Counted from the first letter of the stretch, positions 17,908 through 27,100 are shown. The stretch is 64,000 nucleotides of DNA from Candidatus Daviesbacteria bacterium (GCA_016176465.1 JACOXD010000011.1:12318-76317), one strand, 5' to 3'. Notes: generated by a model from the letters alone, not told the origin. Program-made: numbers and translations.

Positions 17908-19278
17908 TTAGAGCTTAAATCTTCTGTCTGCTAAAAAAGGATTTGCTTTCCTATAAACTTTAACTGAGTTAAGTAAAACCCCTCTTTGCAAAGTAAACTC
18001 TCCAAACTTATCATTAATTTTATCTAAAGCTTTAGTTATAACTTCTTTTACTTTTACTTCTGGAAGAAGATTTAAGTTTTCAGGAGTTGTTGGTTTTAAA
18101 TTAGAAATAGAAATACCTATCATTCTTATAGCTTTCTCATCCCAAAGGCTCATGAATATCCCCCACCCTGTTTTAAATATTTCCAAACCGTCACTAGTAA
18201 AAGAAACTGTGCTTTGCGCTCCATCTCCTAAGAATCCAATCCCGGTTTGGAATTGAGGCGACAAACCGGGATTGTAGGTTTGTTTAAATGCATATCTAAA
18301 CCAAAGGGAAACAGTTTTACCTACTAGTTTTTTGGCTCGCATTCTTCTTGCAACTAATTCTGAAAGCTTAAGCAAGATTTGTTTAATTTCTTCATAAGAG
18401 TCTGCGTCATGATCTATTGTGTGTCTATGACCAATTGATTTTACTTCTTCTTTCTCATAAAAAGGGCTGACAGGAGAATCATCCAATCCCCTGCTCATGT
18501 TATATAAAGTTTGTCCATAACTTTTAAAAGAGGCTAATAAATACTCCAAGTTTACTCTTCTTAAATCAGAAAAATTAAAAATCCCCATATTATTTAACCT
18601 CCTTTTAATCCTAAACCCTATCCCACAAACCTCATTTAGCTCAATTTGGTCTAAAATTCTCATTGCTGCCTGCTCATCTGCTATTACCAGCAACCCATCG
18701 GGTTTGTATAAAGACCCAGCTAATTTAGCTAAAAATTTGTTATAAGAAATCCCAATAGAACATGTAATCCACTCCCCAATCTTAGCTCTTATTTGGGATT
18801 TAATATCTATAGCCATTTCAATAACGTCATTCCCGACCCGCTTCGCCGGAGCGAGAGCGAGGCGAGCCTGATCGGGAATCTGAATAGATCTCCCAATCGA
18901 GTTGGAAGATGACATTTTTAATTTGGGTGATGACTTCTTGGGCTGAGGCAGTTCTATAAATGCCTCATCGATAGAGAAAAGCTCTATATAGGGGGAATAG
19001 CTTTTTAGAATATTTAAAAATTTTTTAGTAGTAGATAAGTATTTATCAGAATCCCCTTTTACTAAAATTAATTGTGGACAAAGTTTTCTAGCTTCATATA
19101 AATTCATCCCAGTTTTTACCCCAAACTTTTTAGCCTCCACTGATGCAGCACCAACTACAGTCCTCTTCATTCTATCTCCACCAGTTACCCCAATAGGTTT
19201 ACCTCTAAGTCTTGGGTTAGCTTGCTGTTCAACCCTGGCAAAGTAGCTATTAAAATCTATATGTAATATTGTTCTCAT
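17908..19278 (-). CDS. dinB: DNA polymerase IV (Y-family, DinB) carrying two in-frame palindromic insertions
   Basis: ILHIDFNSYFARVEQ, SIDEAFIEL, YNKFLAKLAG; insertions at 18237-18274 and 18829-18879. Confidence 0.8.
   Translation of the reverse strand: MRTILHIDFNSYFARVEQQANPRLRGKPIGVTGGDRMKRTVVGAASVEAKKFGVKTGMNLYEARKLCPQLILVKGDSDKYLSTTKKFLNILKSYSPYIELFSIDEAFIELPQPKKSSPKLKMSSSNSIGRSIQIPDQARLALAPAKRVGNDVIEMAIDIKSQIRAKIGEWITCSIGISYNKFLAKLAGSLYKPDGLLVIADEQAAMRILDQIELNEVCGIGFRIKRRLNNMGIFNFSDLRRVNLEYLLASFKSYGQTLYNMSRGLDDSPVSPFYEKEEVKSIGHRHTIDHDADSYEEIKQILLKLSELVARRMRAKKLVGKTVSLWFRYAFKQTYNPGLSPQFQTGIGFLGDGAQSTVSFTSDGLEIFKTGWGIFMSLWDEKAIRMIGISISNLKPTTPENLNLLPEVKVKEVITKALDKINDKFGEFTLQRGVLLNSVKVYRKANPFLADRRFKL
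18237..18274. repeat. RPE-like palindromic element (perfect 13-bp stem CAATCCCGGTTTG/CAAACCGGGATTG) in frame within dinB
   Basis: Encodes YNPGLSPQFQTGIG; near-identical copies in uvrB and uvrC. Confidence 0.7.
18829..18879. repeat. GC-rich palindromic in-frame insertion in dinB (ATTCCCGA-35 nt-TCGGGAAT)
   Basis: ~70% GC segment in AT-rich gene; encodes extra loop IPDQARLALAPAKRVGNDV absent from canonical DinB. Confidence 0.5.
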
Positions 19279-19301
19279 CTGTGTTCGACCGTAGTGGAGA
19301 A

Positions 19302-19568
19302 CTACAACTTAAAGTTGTTTATTAAGATCTTTCTCTTTTTATCTTGACTCCAACCTTTAATCTGTTTTTCTCTTATCCTAGCTTGTTCATAATCATTATG
19401 TTGCTCAAAGTACACTAATCTCTTAACTCCATGCTTAGCAGTATATTTACCGCCTAACCCGCTTAAATGTTGTTCAAATCTTAGCTCTGGTTTCCATGTT
19501 AAGCCGGTATAATATGTTCCATCTCTACACTCAATGATATAGACATACCAGCTCCATTGATTTTTCAT
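19302..19568 (-). CDS. GIY-YIG nuclease family protein (UPF0213-like)
   Basis: WYVYIIECRDGTYYTGLT ... RFEQH ... GWSQDKK. Confidence 0.7.
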   Translation of the reverse strand: MKNQWSWYVYIIECRDGTYYTGLTWKPELRFEQHLSGLGGKYTAKHGVKRLVYFEQHNDYEQARIREKQIKGWSQDKKRKILINNFKL

Positions 19569-19606
19569 AGGTACTTCTCCATGCGCTTCGCTTAGTCGAA
19601 GATAAA

Positions 19607-19855
19607 CTACTCAGACTCCTCTACAGCCTCCAGAAACCACTTAAGAGACTTAAGTTCAAATTTTAATCTATAAAAATTTCCATCTTTACTTGAAACTGAG
19701 AAAAAATAAACCAAGTTACCCTCCTCTTTAGCTGTATGAACTAAATTTATTTTATCTATCTGAATTTTTCTATCTTTCCAGAAAAAAATATAAGGGTGGA
19801 CTTTAACTCCTTTAAAAAATACCCAAACATTGATAGGTTCAGATAGTTCAAGCAT
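19607..19855 (-). CDS. Hypothetical protein
   Basis: 82 aa ORF. Confidence 0.3.
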   Translation of the reverse strand: MLELSEPINVWVFFKGVKVHPYIFFWKDRKIQIDKINLVHTAKEEGNLVYFFSVSSKDGNFYRLKFELKSLKWFLEAVEESE

Positions 19856-19986
19856 AAAAGGTGATAAGTAACTTTTCGTATCTCGTATTACGTATCTCTT
19901 ATCACTATCTGTTATATACCCAAAGAAAATCCAAAGTCAATATAGAAAATTGTAAATAAAATTCATGGTAAAATTAAGCCTCTATT

Positions 19987-21684
19987 ATGAAGTTTTTGCT
20001 CTGTTTGCTATTTTCTCTGTTGTTTCTTTTTTTTGCTCAACCTACCCAAGCCATTGTTAACCCAAACTCTGTTCCTAATAATAAATTTGGAATTCATATT
20101 ATCTCTGCAAGTATTGATGAGGCTTCCCCTGCAGGAAGTTTAGTTAACTCATCTGGTGGTGATTGGGGCTATATCACAGTCTTAATTGAGAGTAAAGACA
20201 GAGATAAAAATAAATGGCAGGCCTTTTTTGATGATTTAAGAAAAAGGCATTTAATTCCAATTGTACGGCTAGCCACACAACCAGATCCTGCTGGGTTTTG
20301 GAAAAGACCATACCAAAGGGAGGAAGAAGCTTGGGCTAATTTTTTGGATGAGTTAAACTGGCCTACAAAAAACAGGTATGTAATTATTTATAACGAGCCA
20401 AACCATGCAACAGAGTGGGGAAATAGTGTGGATGCTAAGGACTATGCTCAAACTCTCAATAAAACTATTGATGAACTTAAGAAAAAATCAGAGAATTTTT
20501 TTATCTTAAACGCAGGATTTGACGCCTCTGCTCCTGAGAAATTGCCTAATTACTCTGATCAATTTGAGTTTATGAGACAAATGAATGATGAAGTACCAGG
20601 CATTTTTAATAAACTTGACGGCTTTGCCTCTCACTCTTACCCTAACCCCGGCTTTGTTTCCTCACCTGATGATTTTGGAAGAGGTAGCGTACGTACTTTT
20701 GCCTGGGAGATGGGTGTTTTAAGAGAACTTGCAGTTAATAAAGATTTACCTATTTTTATTACTGAAACTGGCTGGAAACACTCAGATGGCCAAAAGTTTG
20801 ATCCATCTTTGCCTTCTCCTGAAAAGATAGCCCAAAATTATAAGATAGCTTTTGAGGGTGCTTGGAACAGTAATAGAATTGTGGCAGTTACCCCCTTTTT
20901 ATTAAATTATCAAGAGACTCCATTTGACCATTTTTCTTTCCAAAAAAATGGTGAGAAAAACTATCATCCTCAGTTTGTAGAAATTAAAAAAATGCCTAAA
21001 TTAAAAGGCAGACCTATTCAAGAAGACCAAGCTAATTTAGTAAAAGGAAAAATATTTAGCTCTCTAGTTGCAGGAGAAAATTATGCTATCGCACTAACTT
21101 TTAAAAATATCGGGCAATCTATTTGGAATGAGTATGAAACTGTTACCCTGCAAGCTGTCTTGGGCGGTGGAGAGCTGGAATTTAAGGGCGTGCCTATACC
21201 TAAAGGAGTTAAGGTAGAACCGGGCCAAGATCATACTTTTTTAGTGAAAATTAAAGCTCCTGGTGATGGAAAATATAAAATTGCCTTAAATTTATTTAGG
21301 GGGAATGAACAGTTTAGTTCAAAATCTGTTGAGTTTGAAACAGAAGTTAAATCTCCTGTTATCTTACAAGTTAAAGCTAAATTAAGGTGGAAAGAAAATT
21401 CATCCGGAGATTATATCTTAGGGGTAACAGGGGTAATTCAAGACAGCTTTAAAAAAATAGCTCTAAATTCAGGTGGGGAATCGGAAAATATAGAGATGAG
21501 GCAGTTGTTGCCTGAGTATACTTTTGAGTTTAGCTTAAGAAAACCTTACTATAAATCTAAATCTTTAATTCAAAATGTTAAATCTGGGATAAATACACTA
21601 GATTTTGGAATTTTGGAGCCAGACTTCCCAGCAGCAATTTTAAACCCCAAAGAATTATGGAAGTTATTACCTTTTAGTAATTAA
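19987..21684 (+). CDS. Secreted glycoside hydrolase, clan GH-A (GH5-like) with C-terminal beta-sandwich region
   Basis: Signal peptide; NEPN acid/base and ITETGW nucleophile motifs. Confidence 0.5.
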   Translation: MKFLLCLLFSLLFLFFAQPTQAIVNPNSVPNNKFGIHIISASIDEASPAGSLVNSSGGDWGYITVLIESKDRDKNKWQAFFDDLRKRHLIPIVRLATQPDPAGFWKRPYQREEEAWANFLDELNWPTKNRYVIIYNEPNHATEWGNSVDAKDYAQTLNKTIDELKKKSENFFILNAGFDASAPEKLPNYSDQFEFMRQMNDEVPGIFNKLDGFASHSYPNPGFVSSPDDFGRGSVRTFAWEMGVLRELAVNKDLPIFITETGWKHSDGQKFDPSLPSPEKIAQNYKIAFEGAWNSNRIVAVTPFLLNYQETPFDHFSFQKNGEKNYHPQFVEIKKMPKLKGRPIQEDQANLVKGKIFSSLVAGENYAIALTFKNIGQSIWNEYETVTLQAVLGGGELEFKGVPIPKGVKVEPGQDHTFLVKIKAPGDGKYKIALNLFRGNEQFSSKSVEFETEVKSPVILQVKAKLRWKENSSGDYILGVTGVIQDSFKKIALNSGGESENIEMRQLLPEYTFEFSLRKPYYKSKSLIQNVKSGINTLDFGILEPDFPAAILNPKELWKLLPFSN

Positions 21685-22160
21685 GCGGCTAACGCTCCTG
21701 TAACGATAGCTATTTTATCAGCATATCCTTCTTTAGGAAATGCTAGAGTAAACGGGATGTGCATTACCCTAAGCTTATAGACATCCTCGACCTCTTCTCC
21801 TATTGCCTTATTTGCTTTATAAAGCCTGTCTCTAAGTCTGGGTGCCAGTACTAACTTACTTGAATCAGTAAATATAAATCTTGGATCGCGCTCTCGCCAA
21901 ATAACTACCCCATTATCAATTATAGGGATGTGAACGGGCCGTGGCGCGTGGAATGTAAGATTAAAACTCCAAGCCTGTAATTCAACAGGTCTAGAAGTCT
22001 CTCCTCTGACAGCAGGCAGTATATCTTCTAAAGCAAACTTTACCCACTGACTAGTGCCCAAAACAGCTAGGGCTTGGGCGTAAAATCCAATTACTGCTAA
22101 CGCAGCCTCTTCAATTTTAGATCTATTCCATTCAACTAACTCCACAGCTTCATTTTTCAT
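21681..22160 (-). CDS. Hypothetical protein
   Basis: 159 aa ORF. Confidence 0.3.
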   Translation of the reverse strand: MKNEAVELVEWNRSKIEEAALAVIGFYAQALAVLGTSQWVKFALEDILPAVRGETSRPVELQAWSFNLTFHAPRPVHIPIIDNGVVIWRERDPRFIFTDSSKLVLAPRLRDRLYKANKAIGEEVEDVYKLRVMHIPFTLAFPKEGYADKIAIVTGALAA

Positions 22161-22229
22161 AGCAAATGCCTGTTACCTATAGGATAACTGGAAGTAGGAT
22201 CAAAAATCAAGTACAATATAAGCCTAAAT

Positions 22230-22302
22230 GGTGGCTGTAGCTCAGTGGTAGAGCGCTGGTTTGTGGAACCGGATGTCGCGGGTTCGAATCCCGTCAGTCA
22301 CC
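22230..22302 (+). tRNA. tRNA-His (anticodon GTG) with genome-encoded G-1
   Basis: G-1 + GTGGCTG acceptor, anticodon loop TTGTGGA, T-arm GCGGGTTCGAATCCCGT, discriminator C73. Confidence 0.8.
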
Positions 22303-22337
22303 CAAAAGAAGTAAAAAGTTGAAGGTGTGAACGTAGT

Positions 22338-22823
22338 TCACCCTGAGGGTGGAAATACATTTGCATTTATCTTTAGCGCTTCAATATCACGTTGCTTAGC
22401 GTTAATTACCCGCTCACCAACAATTATATCTTGCTGGGTTTTAGAGGCAAATAGAAGTTTTAAGGTTTCATCAAACCGAATCCAGACAGGGATATAGTCT
22501 TTTAAAGGAGAAAAGTTTAGCGCTTTGCCAACCTCAGCGTAGAATACATAGTTAATTTTATCTAATCCTTCATGGAAATAGTCATAAATTGGCAAAATAC
22601 GCTTTATTTTAAGATCTATTTTTAGAAATTCAAGCACTACTCTTTGAAATGTAATCATTGCATCTTCTCCTTCCCTACCTTCTCCTCCCAACATAGACCA
22701 TGCTGGACTAGAGTCATCTGTTGGTTGGGACTGAAGCAAGAGAATTTGCCCGGTCTTTTGGTTGTAAAGGAATCCGCTTGCATAAAAGGGTTTATGCATG
22801 GGAGTAGTATAACACAATTGCAT
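22338..22823 (-). CDS. Possible divergent NUDIX hydrolase
   Basis: GGEGREGEDAMITFQRVVLEFL weakly matches Nudix box. Confidence 0.3.
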   Translation of the reverse strand: MQLCYTTPMHKPFYASGFLYNQKTGQILLLQSQPTDDSSPAWSMLGGEGREGEDAMITFQRVVLEFLKIDLKIKRILPIYDYFHEGLDKINYVFYAEVGKALNFSPLKDYIPVWIRFDETLKLLFASKTQQDIIVGERVINAKQRDIEALKINANVFPPSG

Positions 22824-22904
22824 AAATTTATTCTCTTGCTTCTCCTCAGGAGATAATTAAACTATAGGTTGATATATTTCCCCTAAAATCCTATAATTCT
22901 TTAT

Positions 22905-23372
22905 ATGCAGTCTCGATTAGAAATTAGGCATGCTCGCTTCGGGAAGCTGATGACAATTAGAGCATTTAGAGAAGGTGAACCGGTGGGCGGATTGGAGTAT
23001 TTCCCCGCCGAAACTCCAGGTGGTCCTATCACGCTTGAGGGGGTCAACTGTGATCCAGCTGAACCCTACTTAGGTAGAAAGCTACTTAGAAGGTTTGTTG
23101 AAACAGTAGGTCCTAATAAGTTAATAGTTGGATATATTGCCAATGATTCAACAAAAAGATACCTTCTGCGTAGCGGATTCATGGAAGGAGTAGATGAACA
23201 AAGTCCCAAAGATATTACAGAATTAATTGATTTGGAAAAAATTCCTCTGACAAGAGTATTAAGAACTGGTAATTTAAACTTAACCAGATTGCGCATTGTT
23301 TATAGCGCGGAGGTATTAGAAGCAGATCCAGAATTCCCTTATGCGATCCATTTTGAAGCTGTTACTAAATAA
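22905..23372 (+). CDS. Hypothetical protein (possible GNAT-fold acetyltransferase)
   Basis: PYLGRKLLRRFVE resembles GNAT motif A. Confidence 0.3.
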   Translation: MQSRLEIRHARFGKLMTIRAFREGEPVGGLEYFPAETPGGPITLEGVNCDPAEPYLGRKLLRRFVETVGPNKLIVGYIANDSTKRYLLRSGFMEGVDEQSPKDITELIDLEKIPLTRVLRTGNLNLTRLRIVYSAEVLEADPEFPYAIHFEAVTK

Positions 23373-23383
23373 ATTTTACAGAG

Positions 23384-23413
23384 TTTATGTGGAAACCCCC
23401 GGGGTTGAAAGCT
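23384..23413. repeat. 30-bp GC-core repeat, right copy of inverted pair (partner 17298-17327)
   Basis: tttatgtggaaacccccggggttgaaagct. Confidence 0.6.
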
Positions 23414-23481
23414 AATATGTTAAGAGATTATACAGCCCTATAGTTTGATTAATATCCTCAAATACCTTATAATTATAAATC

Positions 23482-24225
23482 ATGGTTGAAGAAAATGGAA
23501 GCGGTAAAGGGGAAGATTTATCAAAATACCAATTTATGTATAGAGTTGCTGAGCCAATAACAACTGTACTTAAGCAAAGCGCGCGCATGCGTAAAACAAA
23601 CAGGGATATAGTATATACTTCCAGAAAGTATCTGGATTATGGAGACCCCCCAAAACCCTTTTGTCTTGCTGTTAGTCCTGAAGGGACAAAGCTTTTAAAA
23701 GAGTCTGACAGGTTATTAAAAATACTAGCTCTTACCCTAGAAGATGAAGAAATAGCTACACACTTACAAAATTTAAATTTACCAAATTTTAATGCCCATA
23801 TTGCCGGGCTTCCTTTAGGGGTTTCTTCCAGAATAGCTTTTGCCTGGATACAGGTTATCGAAAAGTCTCGTGCAGATTTTCAGGGAGAATTTCACCCACT
23901 TTCTGGCTTAGAAAGATTTGATGCTACTAGGGCTTTGGAAGATGAGGGTTTTGAATGCTTCCATCCTTACGTGGCTACTAACTGGAAATATGTGGTTGAG
24001 TTTCCAACAGGGGTTAGAGTTAAACAAGAGCAGTCTAACCTGGTTAGAAAAGCTTTTGAGGGATATTTAGAGGTAGCAGATAGAAGACTAAAGCGATTGA
24101 AGAGAAGAGGATTTTGGCAGCCTCACTGGAAACTAAGAACAGATCCTGAGTATTACTACATTGTTGATTTGAGACACAAAAGAGCTTTAAAAAGATTTAA
24201 AGCGTTTGATCCAGTAACAAGTTAG
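23482..24225 (+). CDS. Hypothetical protein
   Basis: 247 aa ORF. Confidence 0.35.
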   Translation: MVEENGSGKGEDLSKYQFMYRVAEPITTVLKQSARMRKTNRDIVYTSRKYLDYGDPPKPFCLAVSPEGTKLLKESDRLLKILALTLEDEEIATHLQNLNLPNFNAHIAGLPLGVSSRIAFAWIQVIEKSRADFQGEFHPLSGLERFDATRALEDEGFECFHPYVATNWKYVVEFPTGVRVKQEQSNLVRKAFEGYLEVADRRLKRLKRRGFWQPHWKLRTDPEYYYIVDLRHKRALKRFKAFDPVTS

Positions 24226-24242
24226 GATAAAATAGATCTCGT

Positions 24243-24797
24243 ATGAGTAAAGAAAATGGCTTAGAAATTATTAATAGTATCCGTTTTGATACTGAGGTTG
24301 AGAGAACACTAGCTTTGGAAGATTATGAAGGTGGACACTTTACCGAGGCAGATTTAAACCCTCCCAGACTAATCCAAAGGATGAGAATGCGGATGGTCGC
24401 CTTTCATGAAATTGGCCATAAAAAACTAGTTTCAGCTTTTGGTTATGCACTGAAAGCAATATCTGTTATCCCTAGAGGCATAACTTTGGGTTATACAAGT
24501 TATGCAACTACTAATGAGGATCCAGAAACAGCTGCAGAACATGGAATAGCTTTAGCTTTAGGCTCAGTTGCTGCTCAAGAAAGAGTAGGATTAAACCCAT
24601 GGGAAGGAACTGGTTCAGATTACCCTAAAGCTAAAAGATTATCAGAAGGGTTATCTGAACTAACAGGAGGTTTGGTTCACGCCAGTGAGTATTTCTCTAG
24701 AGGTTTATCTTTAGCTAAAGCTTGTTTAGCTTCCATTCCTATTTCCCAACTAAAAGTGGAAGCAAGAAGTTTAGAACAAGCAGGCACAGTTGCTTAA
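24243..24797 (+). CDS. Stand-alone FtsH-like (peptidase M41) metalloprotease domain protein
   Basis: VAFHEIGHKKL (HExxH) followed by ISVIPRGITLGYT, matching the FtsH protease-domain motifs; no AAA domain. Confidence 0.45.
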   Translation: MSKENGLEIINSIRFDTEVERTLALEDYEGGHFTEADLNPPRLIQRMRMRMVAFHEIGHKKLVSAFGYALKAISVIPRGITLGYTSYATTNEDPETAAEHGIALALGSVAAQERVGLNPWEGTGSDYPKAKRLSEGLSELTGGLVHASEYFSRGLSLAKACLASIPISQLKVEARSLEQAGTVA

Positions 24798-24976
24798 GCA
24801 CCCTTAAGTGACGCCCCAGCTCTTGATGTGTCTAGTCTTCGACCCTGAGGACTTCGACGGTGAGCTCAGTCGAACCGCTCAGACCGAAGGGCTAACCCAC
24901 ACCGGGTGTGGGGTGTGTAGGAATTGTTAAATTACCTACTTGCATAAATAAAAAATATCCTGGTATACTCGGCTAT

Positions 24977-25675
24977 ATGTTTTGGAAAATTTTATTTTTC
25001 CTTCTTATAGTAATTGTTAGCCCTCCTTCTTTAGTATTTGCCTCCCACAATAATCAACTCCAAACTAATATTGATATAGATATAAGAAATCGCTCTAGGG
25101 TAACTGAAAGTATTAAAATAACAATTTCTAACCCTAATGTTTTTGAGGTAACTAAAGTTAACCCAAGCAAGGCTGATTTTTTACAAGATGTATCTTTAAC
25201 AGGAAGCAATTTTGGAAGTACTCCTGGTTTTGTTAATTTTTATAATAGAAATAGCAGTCTTGTAGCTGGAGCAGTAATTAGTAATTGGACAAATTCAGAG
25301 GCAAAGTTTAAGGTTCCAGCCATTTTAGGTCACTCCAGATATTATTTAGAACTTCAAAAATCAGATGGGACTAGAAGTAACAAAATTAAGTTTTATGTTG
25401 ACGATGGCCAGCCAAAAATAAATTTATTGGAATCAAGTAACGCTAGAGTTGGAGAATTATTAACAATTAGGGGTGAGGAGTTAGGGAGAAGAGGAAAGGT
25501 AATCTTTTCCCAAAATGGGGTTAATGTTGCTGAGGGAGCAGTTAGGTCATGGACATCTTCCAGGATAAGAGTATACGTACCAGCTGGATTAAACTCAGGG
25601 CAAGAATATGGAATTCAAATTATTACCAATGATAACCGCCCCACCTCCTTGGTCTTTTATATCTTAGGGTTTTAG
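24977..25675 (+). CDS. Secreted protein with Ig/TIG-like repeats, hypothetical
   Basis: Signal peptide MFWKILFFLLIVIVSPPSLVFA; start moved from 24908. Confidence 0.35.
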   Translation: MFWKILFFLLIVIVSPPSLVFASHNNQLQTNIDIDIRNRSRVTESIKITISNPNVFEVTKVNPSKADFLQDVSLTGSNFGSTPGFVNFYNRNSSLVAGAVISNWTNSEAKFKVPAILGHSRYYLELQKSDGTRSNKIKFYVDDGQPKINLLESSNARVGELLTIRGEELGRRGKVIFSQNGVNVAEGAVRSWTSSRIRVYVPAGLNSGQEYGIQIITNDNRPTSLVFYILGF

Positions 25676-27088
25676 AACAAAAAATCTCCAGATAAAGGGA
25701 AAGTGGATTGTTGAAAGGGAAGTTGATGGTCCTATTGGACAAGAGAGGCTTTCACAGACAATTTCAAACTGGTTATAAATATAAATACTATTAAAGTAAA
25801 CTCCCACAACAATAACAACTACTAAAATAATCTTACAGATTTTTTCCAAGAATTCTTTGCGATAAAGTTCATAAAATAAAGAAGGTAGTGTTAGTAGAGA
25901 AAATAGCACTCTAAAAGTATTAGATGGTATCCCTGATCTAAAAGGGTTTATTAAGTAGTACCTGGTTGCCAAAAGCAGACCTACTAACAATACACTTTTG
26001 AAAAAAGTAATTTTATTAAATATAACTTGTATTCCCCATGCACCCATAATTGCCATCATGGGATATATTGGGTATCTATACCAAGGCAATAAATCTTGTT
26101 CTCCACCAGATAATAAAACTATTACTACCCAATACAAAAAGGCAAAGGGGACAACTTTTTTTAATCCTTCCGGAGGATTGATTAAAAAATAAATAGAAAA
26201 TAATAAACAAAAAACAAACCATCCATCAAAAAAAGTAAAAATATCATAAGCTGGTGTTTGCAGCAAGAAAGCAAGTCCTGAAAATCCTGCCGGTCTACTT
26301 CCCTGAATAGAAACTATCTTTAAAAAAATATCCTTGTCAAAATAAAACCCATATAAAATAAAGATAATTACAAATGGGATTGTTGCTAAAAATAGATAGA
26401 AAAAAAGTTTAGGTTTTTTTTGGGCAAATGCAAAGTACATAGCAAAAAAAGTTATAAAATAGCCGGTAGGTTTGGCAAGTCCGCCAAGTCCTGCAAGTAA
26501 TGGAACAATTAAAAGATAAGCGATATTTTTAGTTTCATTAAACTTAATTATTAAATAAACAGCCAGAGTAAAAAGTAGGGCAATCAAATTTTCTGGAACA
26601 GAAAGCCTTGAAGAAAAAACAAAGATGGGGGTTACACCATAAATTAGTAGACTCAATATCCCCATCCAATAGCCACTAAGAATTTTGGCAATTAGAAAAA
26701 TTAAAATAGAGGTTAAAGCGGCAAAAATTATTGCCGGAGCCCTTATATAAGAGGCGGGTAAAAGGTAGTTTTTATCCGCACCATATAAATGGGCCGCTCC
26801 TCCAGAGATTAACGAATATAAGGGAGGTTCATCTAGCCATGGTTTATATAAAGTTACACTTTGAATAGGAGGCCCACCATTTAAACTTTTTGGCCCTAGA
26901 TAGACTTGGTTTTTTTTAGGATAATCAAGCGCTGACCAAGAGACCGGAACTCCCTCTTCTATTAAATAAATCCCGGCCCAACCAAATAAGTGTTCTTCTA
27001 AATGTCCCTCACCCGGAACTTTATCAAAATTGTGAGTTCTTAAAATAAAAGTAAATAAAAAAACAAGAATAAATAGAACTAATTTCAT
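25664..27088 (-). CDS. GT-C family membrane glycosyltransferase (PMT/ArnT-like, GT39/GT83)
   Basis: ~12 predicted TM helices, periplasmic loop architecture typical of GT-C. Confidence 0.45.
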   Translation of the reverse strand: MKLVLFILVFLFTFILRTHNFDKVPGEGHLEEHLFGWAGIYLIEEGVPVSWSALDYPKKNQVYLGPKSLNGGPPIQSVTLYKPWLDEPPLYSLISGGAAHLYGADKNYLLPASYIRAPAIIFAALTSILIFLIAKILSGYWMGILSLLIYGVTPIFVFSSRLSVPENLIALLFTLAVYLIIKFNETKNIAYLLIVPLLAGLGGLAKPTGYFITFFAMYFAFAQKKPKLFFYLFLATIPFVIIFILYGFYFDKDIFLKIVSIQGSRPAGFSGLAFLLQTPAYDIFTFFDGWFVFCLLFSIYFLINPPEGLKKVVPFAFLYWVVIVLLSGGEQDLLPWYRYPIYPMMAIMGAWGIQVIFNKITFFKSVLLVGLLLATRYYLINPFRSGIPSNTFRVLFSLLTLPSLFYELYRKEFLEKICKIILVVVIVVGVYFNSIYIYNQFEIVCESLSCPIGPSTSLSTIHFPFIWRFFVLKP

Positions 27089-27100
27089 ATATAATTATTT

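Noticed and set aside
24798-24976. SRP RNA / tmRNA / RNase P identity for the GC-rich intergenic element
   Set aside because: None of the conserved motifs (SRP GGAAGGAAGCAGC region, tmRNA tRNA-like end with CCA, RNase P P4) could be recognised; left as unclassified structured element.
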